From Candidatus Hermodarchaeota archaeon (GTDB lineage: Archaea > Asgardarchaeota > Heimdallarchaeia > Hodarchaeales > Hodarchaeaceae): a DNA stretch of 32,000 nt. The position numbers were made by a program, and so were the translations under genes. Position 1 is the first letter of the stretch; each line of letters starts with the position of its first letter. The notes beneath the pieces are model-generated. The model was not told the DNA's origin. It saw only the letters and a program-made list of their open reading frames with translations, and made no database searches. Of this stretch, positions 27,712 through 32,000 are shown one piece after another. The DNA lies in contig JBHLKY010000014.1 in NCBI GenBank assembly GCA_048886185.1, positions 90,001 to 122,000 on the forward strand, read 5' to 3'.

Positions 27712-28167
27712 ATGGGTAAAGAAGAAAAGATGCTTCAAGAGTTATTAGACAAAGTATCTACTCTAGAAGATAAACTTACTAATATGGAGTTTTTGATGGT
27801 ACAGGGCATGGGAACAGGGGGAGTAACTCCTATATCTCCAACGATGATGCCCTCTTCTACTCCAAAAACTGGCCCTGTTGAGATTGATTTGGCTCCTCTT
27901 GAAAATAGAATCTCTGAAATTGAAAATAATATCTCAGAAGTTATGAATAGGATTAATAGTTTAGCAGAGTTAACATCAGGATTAAAAACTGAAAAAACTC
28001 AGAAAGCTGACGAATTGATAACTCAAGCTACTTCTTTATTAGAAAAAGGCCTCCAGCTGACCGAATTAGAAACAACAATGCTTGAATTGAAAGATCGTAT
28101 TCAAGAGATAGTTATCCAACTTGAGGTTGCCAATGTTGGTTCTTCTACTGAGGATACTAATTCCTAG
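27712..28167 (+). CDS. Soluble coiled-coil protein of unknown function in the pilus operon
   Basis: Heptad segments LQELLDKVSTLEDKL and LENRISEIENNISEVMNRINSL separated by a G/P/T/S linker. Likely start ATG 27712 (GAGGT upstream). Confidence 0.75.
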   Translation: MGKEEKMLQELLDKVSTLEDKLTNMEFLMVQGMGTGGVTPISPTMMPSSTPKTGPVEIDLAPLENRISEIENNISEVMNRINSLAELTSGLKTEKTQKADELITQATSLLEKGLQLTELETTMLELKDRIQEIVIQLEVANVGSSTEDTNS

Positions 28168-28203
28168 TATGTTTAAATAGGAAATTAACAAAAGTGCACT
28201 GAA

Positions 28204-29364
28204 ATGTTTTTTTCAAGCTTTAAAAGAAGACGCCGTGGACAGATAAGAGCAATTGATTTCATGGTCAGTCTTTTTCTCTTTATACTTATGTTATCCCAAT
28301 TAATACTTATCATTTTTAATGTTCAATCTAGTATAAAGACTAGTACCATAAGAACCCTAGCTTATGAGGAATTTGACATTTTTGGTAGGCAAATCCTTTT
28401 TGAGGAAGGAGATTTAAACTGGGGTTATCGTCAACAACTTCCTTCGTCATTTGGACTTGCAGATTCCAATTCGCAGTCTTATCTGAGTTTAGATGGGGCA
28501 AAAATAGCCCGCCTTGTTACTCGTACTCCTTTGGAAATATATCTTGTTTCAGGATTCTACATGTATGATTATAAAACTCTTAAGGAAGCCATGAGTATAT
28601 CAGGTAAATATGACTTTCAATTGGGATTTTATCCCTTACTAAACTCAGAAATCTCTGTTTCAGATACAAATTTTGCTCAAGTTACCGTCACTAATTTTTA
28701 CAACACTCCTATTTCTAATGCTCGTGTTAATTTCTTTACCATTGATTTGACCAATGGAGAAGTGATTTCAGAAGGATCAACTTTAACGGACTCAAACGGG
28801 GAGACTGCACGTCAATTATCAAATCCTACCTTGAATATCCCAAATGGGGAGCATTTCGTCTTTATTATCGTTGAAAAAGGGCCTCTTTGGGGTATGAATT
28901 GGGGTTTTAATGATCCTGCCTCTGATGAGGTTTTCATTGGCTCATCCCTAAAAAATGCTATTTGGGGAGGAGGAATTAATTCATCCAGCCTATTGGTATC
29001 AGATAAACTGGGAGAGACGCCTGAAAACCATTTTATATCTATAATATATCAGGATAGTACATTAACTTATTCTAATAAAACGATAAACCTAAATAAGGCT
29101 GATGATGGGAATGAGACAATCACTATCCCCAATGAAGGCTTAGCTGCCTTTTTTAGTATTGCTAGAAATACAAATAATGAATATCATGTTGGAATAGGTT
29201 CATATCCTGCAATATTAGATCGTGATTCGGATAGTGGAGTATTTTATCATATCTTTGGAGATCTAACTGAAGGTAAAAGAGTTAAATCAATGCTATCAAA
29301 ACTCTATCCCATTATTGTCAGGGGAACTTTGATGGGTTGTCAATTAACCTTATGGAGCGAATAA
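28204..29364 (+). CDS. Minor pilin-like protein with an RG|Q class III signal peptide and an Ig-like domain
   Basis: KRRRRG|QIRAIDFMVSLFLF (Gly at 28237-28239); EEGDLNWG..FGLA; VTVTNFYNTPISNARV...TLTDSNGE (prealbumin/Ig-like pattern). Confidence 0.8.
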   Translation: MFFSSFKRRRRGQIRAIDFMVSLFLFILMLSQLILIIFNVQSSIKTSTIRTLAYEEFDIFGRQILFEEGDLNWGYRQQLPSSFGLADSNSQSYLSLDGAKIARLVTRTPLEIYLVSGFYMYDYKTLKEAMSISGKYDFQLGFYPLLNSEISVSDTNFAQVTVTNFYNTPISNARVNFFTIDLTNGEVISEGSTLTDSNGETARQLSNPTLNIPNGEHFVFIIVEKGPLWGMNWGFNDPASDEVFIGSSLKNAIWGGGINSSSLLVSDKLGETPENHFISIIYQDSTLTYSNKTINLNKADDGNETITIPNEGLAAFFSIARNTNNEYHVGIGSYPAILDRDSDSGVFYHIFGDLTEGKRVKSMLSKLYPIIVRGTLMGCQLTLWSE

Positions 29365-29368
29365 AAAG

Positions 29369-29881
29369 GTGAAAAAATGCCATAAAAGCGTCCATAGGGG
29401 ACAGCTTCAAATTGCAGAAACACTTGTTTCAGTATCTTTAATGTTAGTTCTCGCTATTCTATTGATTGGTGCTACAAATCAGCTAATGTCGTCATATTCA
29501 AATCCAACCAGTCTGGATCAGACAGCAACAGACATTATGATAGCTGCAGATGAGGCAGGGTTATTAAGACCTGTCATATATCTTTATGGTGACTCTAAAT
29601 ATCAGGTGGAGTATTCTTCCTATAGAAATCTGCTTGATGAATACATTTCTACTATAATTTCTGATAATGTTGACTACGCATTAGTTGCTCATGAAATTAT
29701 AAATGGTACAATTAAACTCGATTATTTCAGCCCTATTGGTTCCTCAACAGCCATTGTTGCACTCCAACAAAGAGGAGAGGCTGTAGTAGCGAACTACCAT
29801 TTAGGTTCCTTTACTTCAGCTACTTTTGGTCAGTATTTTTCTCAATTTCTTGTACAATTATATTTGTGGGAGAAATTCTAG
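29369..29881 (+). CDS. Minor pilin-like protein with an RG|Q class III signal peptide
   Basis: HRG|QLQIAETLVSVSLML (Gly at 29399-29401); LDQTATDIMIAADEAGLL; C-terminal VQLYLW. Confidence 0.8.
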   Translation: MKKCHKSVHRGQLQIAETLVSVSLMLVLAILLIGATNQLMSSYSNPTSLDQTATDIMIAADEAGLLRPVIYLYGDSKYQVEYSSYRNLLDEYISTIISDNVDYALVAHEIINGTIKLDYFSPIGSSTAIVALQQRGEAVVANYHLGSFTSATFGQYFSQFLVQLYLWEKF

Positions 29882-30601
29882 ATGAAGTTACCAGGATTGT
29901 TATACTCGAAAGGTCACAGAGGTCAAATGTTTATCTTGGCAACAATGCTGATAGCAGTCTATGTTGTCATGATGACAGCTGCTCTGATGAATCTTGGAGC
30001 TAATCGAATGGAGTTTGATAGGGAGACGTTAAGAGAACCTTATTTAGATTCAAAACGTGAAATTCAAAATTTCTTAGAATTAATTTTAGCAGAGCATAGT
30101 AAAAATGAAACCACAATAGTAAGTTCTAGTATTGCACAAAATAAGATTAAAGAATTCTTAATGGATATGAGGGAGGTTTATATCTCACGTGGGGTGAACT
30201 TAGAAGTGAATTTTAATACTGATAACTTCAATCTAATAGCAACACATTCTCCATATGCAAATGTCTCAAATGTAGGAGTTTATACTAGCGAGATTTATGC
30301 TGAATTTCGGTTAAAGTTAAGTTCAGTGTCATCCTCATTTATTATTGAAGAATATTTTTCAGTTATCTTTATTGGTCGTGTAGAGATCCAAGGCAGCAGT
30401 GTTCTGGTTCAGCAATCAAAAGGAGACCAGTTTGAATTTATTGAAGCAGCTTCAGTCTATATTTTTAATGCTACTGATAAAATTACTCCCTCTATTCGTC
30501 TAGATCGTACTGGTATCTATAATTTTGAAGATTTAATTGATCTGAACAATATAGGAATCCTTAATGTCACCTTGATGAATGGAGTACAAATTTTTTCGTG
30601 A
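29882..30601 (+). CDS. Minor pilin-like protein with an RG|Q class III signal peptide
   Basis: KGHRG|QMFILATMLIAVY (Gly at 29921-29923); starts immediately after the preceding stop codon. Confidence 0.78.
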   Translation: MKLPGLLYSKGHRGQMFILATMLIAVYVVMMTAALMNLGANRMEFDRETLREPYLDSKREIQNFLELILAEHSKNETTIVSSSIAQNKIKEFLMDMREVYISRGVNLEVNFNTDNFNLIATHSPYANVSNVGVYTSEIYAEFRLKLSSVSSSFIIEEYFSVIFIGRVEIQGSSVLVQQSKGDQFEFIEAASVYIFNATDKITPSIRLDRTGIYNFEDLIDLNNIGILNVTLMNGVQIFS

Positions 30602-30607
30602 GAAGAA

Positions 30608-32000
30608 ATGATTGAGAAAGAGTTTCAGGAGTACATCAAAAATCTGAAAAAGGATCTTGAAACTCAAGTTCAACTAGCCACACAAGCGCGAGGCTGTAAA
30701 TTAGATCCTCAAACCTCAATAGAGTCCAAACTTACGTTTAATTCAAGAGCAAAGATAGCTTCAATTCTGAAGATACCAAAATTAGAGGACTATCTCCCAA
30801 GAAATCTTTCTCATCATGAAAATCCTCTCCTTTTGGCAGCTGATATTGCCAAACAGATTGTTAATGGCCGTTTTGTGAAGAAATCTCGTGAAAATCTTAT
30901 ATTACTTGCATTACACAGTTCACTTGTTATTATCAGCCAAGGATTGATATCTGTTCCTCAAGAAAGCATCCCAAAAATCACAATTGGCTCTAAATCAAAT
31001 CATTTAACCATTTACTTCTCAAATACGATACGATATGCTACCGGAGAGACTATTGGTTTAATAATGTTAATTGCAGATTATATTAGGCAGGTTTTACATT
31101 TAAATCGATTTAATCCTTCACCCGATCTCATAAATAGGTATGTTGAAGAAATAGAAATTTATACAGCAATGAATGAGCATTTTTTAAATTTACGAATAGA
31201 TTTATTAAAATTTTTAGTTCAAAATATTGGAATCGAAATATCTGGAGAAGCATTCGAACGAATTGAGGTTCGGAGATATAGGAACTTACCTAATTTAACA
31301 AATAAATTGAGGATGGGAATGTGTGTTGCCTTTGAAAAAGTGATTGAAAGCATTAATTCAATTGCTTCTATTCGTTTTAAATCAGGCATCCCTGAATGGG
31401 ATTGGTTAAAAGGCCCCTTTGAAGCAATTAAAAGGGAAAAACACGAATTTGGGCTAAGGGAAGTACGCGGAACTCAACCTTTACTCTCAAAATCTAGGAA
31501 ACCTGGGGGGTTCAGATTAAGATATGGCTTTTCACGCAACACAAGCCAAGGCGCAGCAGGAATTCATCCTGTTACAATGTATCTTTCAGAAATGCTCTCT
31601 CCAGGCACAAGTATTGCGATAGATTTTATGGATCGGCCGATTACGGTTTTTCCTGTTTCAACCTTAACAGGTCCTTTAGTTGAATTAAAAGATGGTTCTA
31701 GCGAAAGGATTGAATCTATAAAGAGAATTCGTGAAATAGAGGACAAAATAGCTCAGATTTGGGAGATGGGAGACATTTTACTCTCTCCGGATGACATTCC
31801 AGCAACAGAAACTATTGAATTATCTGCTTGGACCGAAGAATGGTGGAGTCAAGAAATCAAACTTTCAATTGCCTCAACAAATTTATCAATTGAAACATTG
31901 GCAACCAGCTTGAATATTTCCTTTAAAAAGTTAGAAAGATTACTACGAGAACCCACACATTATCATCCCTCTCCAGAAACAGCTATTAAACTGAGTAATA
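30608..32000 (+). CDS. polC: DNA polymerase D large subunit (DP2) homologue, strongly divergent; N-terminal 464 aa, runs off the right edge
   Basis: Not in the ORF track. The frame is open from ATG 30608 to the edge. Retains ARG.KLDP, ADYIR, NRYVEEIEIY, EISGE, EWDWL, KPGGFRLRYGFSRNT, AAGIHPVTM, GPLVELKDGS, GDILL and EEWW in DP2 order, but several normally invariant motifs are altered. Confidence 0.88.
   Translation, partial: MIEKEFQEYIKNLKKDLETQVQLATQARGCKLDPQTSIESKLTFNSRAKIASILKIPKLEDYLPRNLSHHENPLLLAADIAKQIVNGRFVKKSRENLILLALHSSLVIISQGLISVPQESIPKITIGSKSNHLTIYFSNTIRYATGETIGLIMLIADYIRQVLHLNRFNPSPDLINRYVEEIEIYTAMNEHFLNLRIDLLKFLVQNIGIEISGEAFERIEVRRYRNLPNLTNKLRMGMCVAFEKVIESINSIASIRFKSGIPEWDWLKGPFEAIKREKHEFGLREVRGTQPLLSKSRKPGGFRLRYGFSRNTSQGAAGIHPVTMYLSEMLSPGTSIAIDFMDRPITVFPVSTLTGPLVELKDGSSERIESIKRIREIEDKIAQIWEMGDILLSPDDIPATETIELSAWTEEWWSQEIKLSIASTNLSIETLATSLNISFKKLERLLREPTHYHPSPETAIKLSN

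Noticed and set aside
22659-30601. Archaellum (flagellar) operon
   Set aside because: No ArlH (KaiC-like ATPase), ArlF/G or typical archaellin bodies. Two separate PilC/TadC-like genes and RG|Q pilins fit a pilus system better.
31564-31746. 60-aa minus-strand ORF in the ORF track
   Set aside because: It is antisense to the DP2 homologue, which explains the region.
1-32000. CRISPR arrays, tRNA/rRNA genes, inteins in RadA or DP2
   Set aside because: No regularly spaced repeats, cloverleaf or rRNA-like GC-rich tracts were seen. RadA is of normal length, and the visible part of DP2 has no intein-like insertion.

Overview
AT-rich archaeal chromosomal segment. It is archaeal on the basis of radA, a PolD DP2 homologue, DUF63, and archaeal type IV pilus and pyr genes; an Asgard/Heimdallarchaeia-like origin is my impression only and cannot be shown from this window. 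There are five blocks. (1) 1-4866: an ABC importer of the Fe3+/AfuA/PgtC-like family, with the ATPase running off the left edge. (2) 4883-13025: an adenylate-kinase-like/N-glycosidase fusion, a HAD phosphatase and a complete aspartate-to-UMP cluster (pyrBIDK > < pyrFC, pyrE >). (3) ~13100-19430: a decaying accessory region with a GC-shifted CocE/NonD hydrolase, a cupin, a cyclophilin-like protein, two internally deleted pseudogenes and an acyltransferase-3. (4) DUF63, DUF1405 and radA on the minus strand. (5) A type IV pilus-like locus, divergent from radA, with five pilin-like genes, an ATPase, two PilC/TadC-like genes and a coiled-coil protein. It is followed 6 bp later by a strongly degenerate DNA polymerase D large-subunit (DP2) homologue, which the ORF track missed because it runs off the right edge. 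The best leads are the degenerate DP2, its coupling to the pilus operon opposite radA, and the kinase/N-glycosidase fusion. No rRNA, tRNA, CRISPR array, transposase or integrase was recognised. All family assignments come from motif recognition by eye; no database searches were run.
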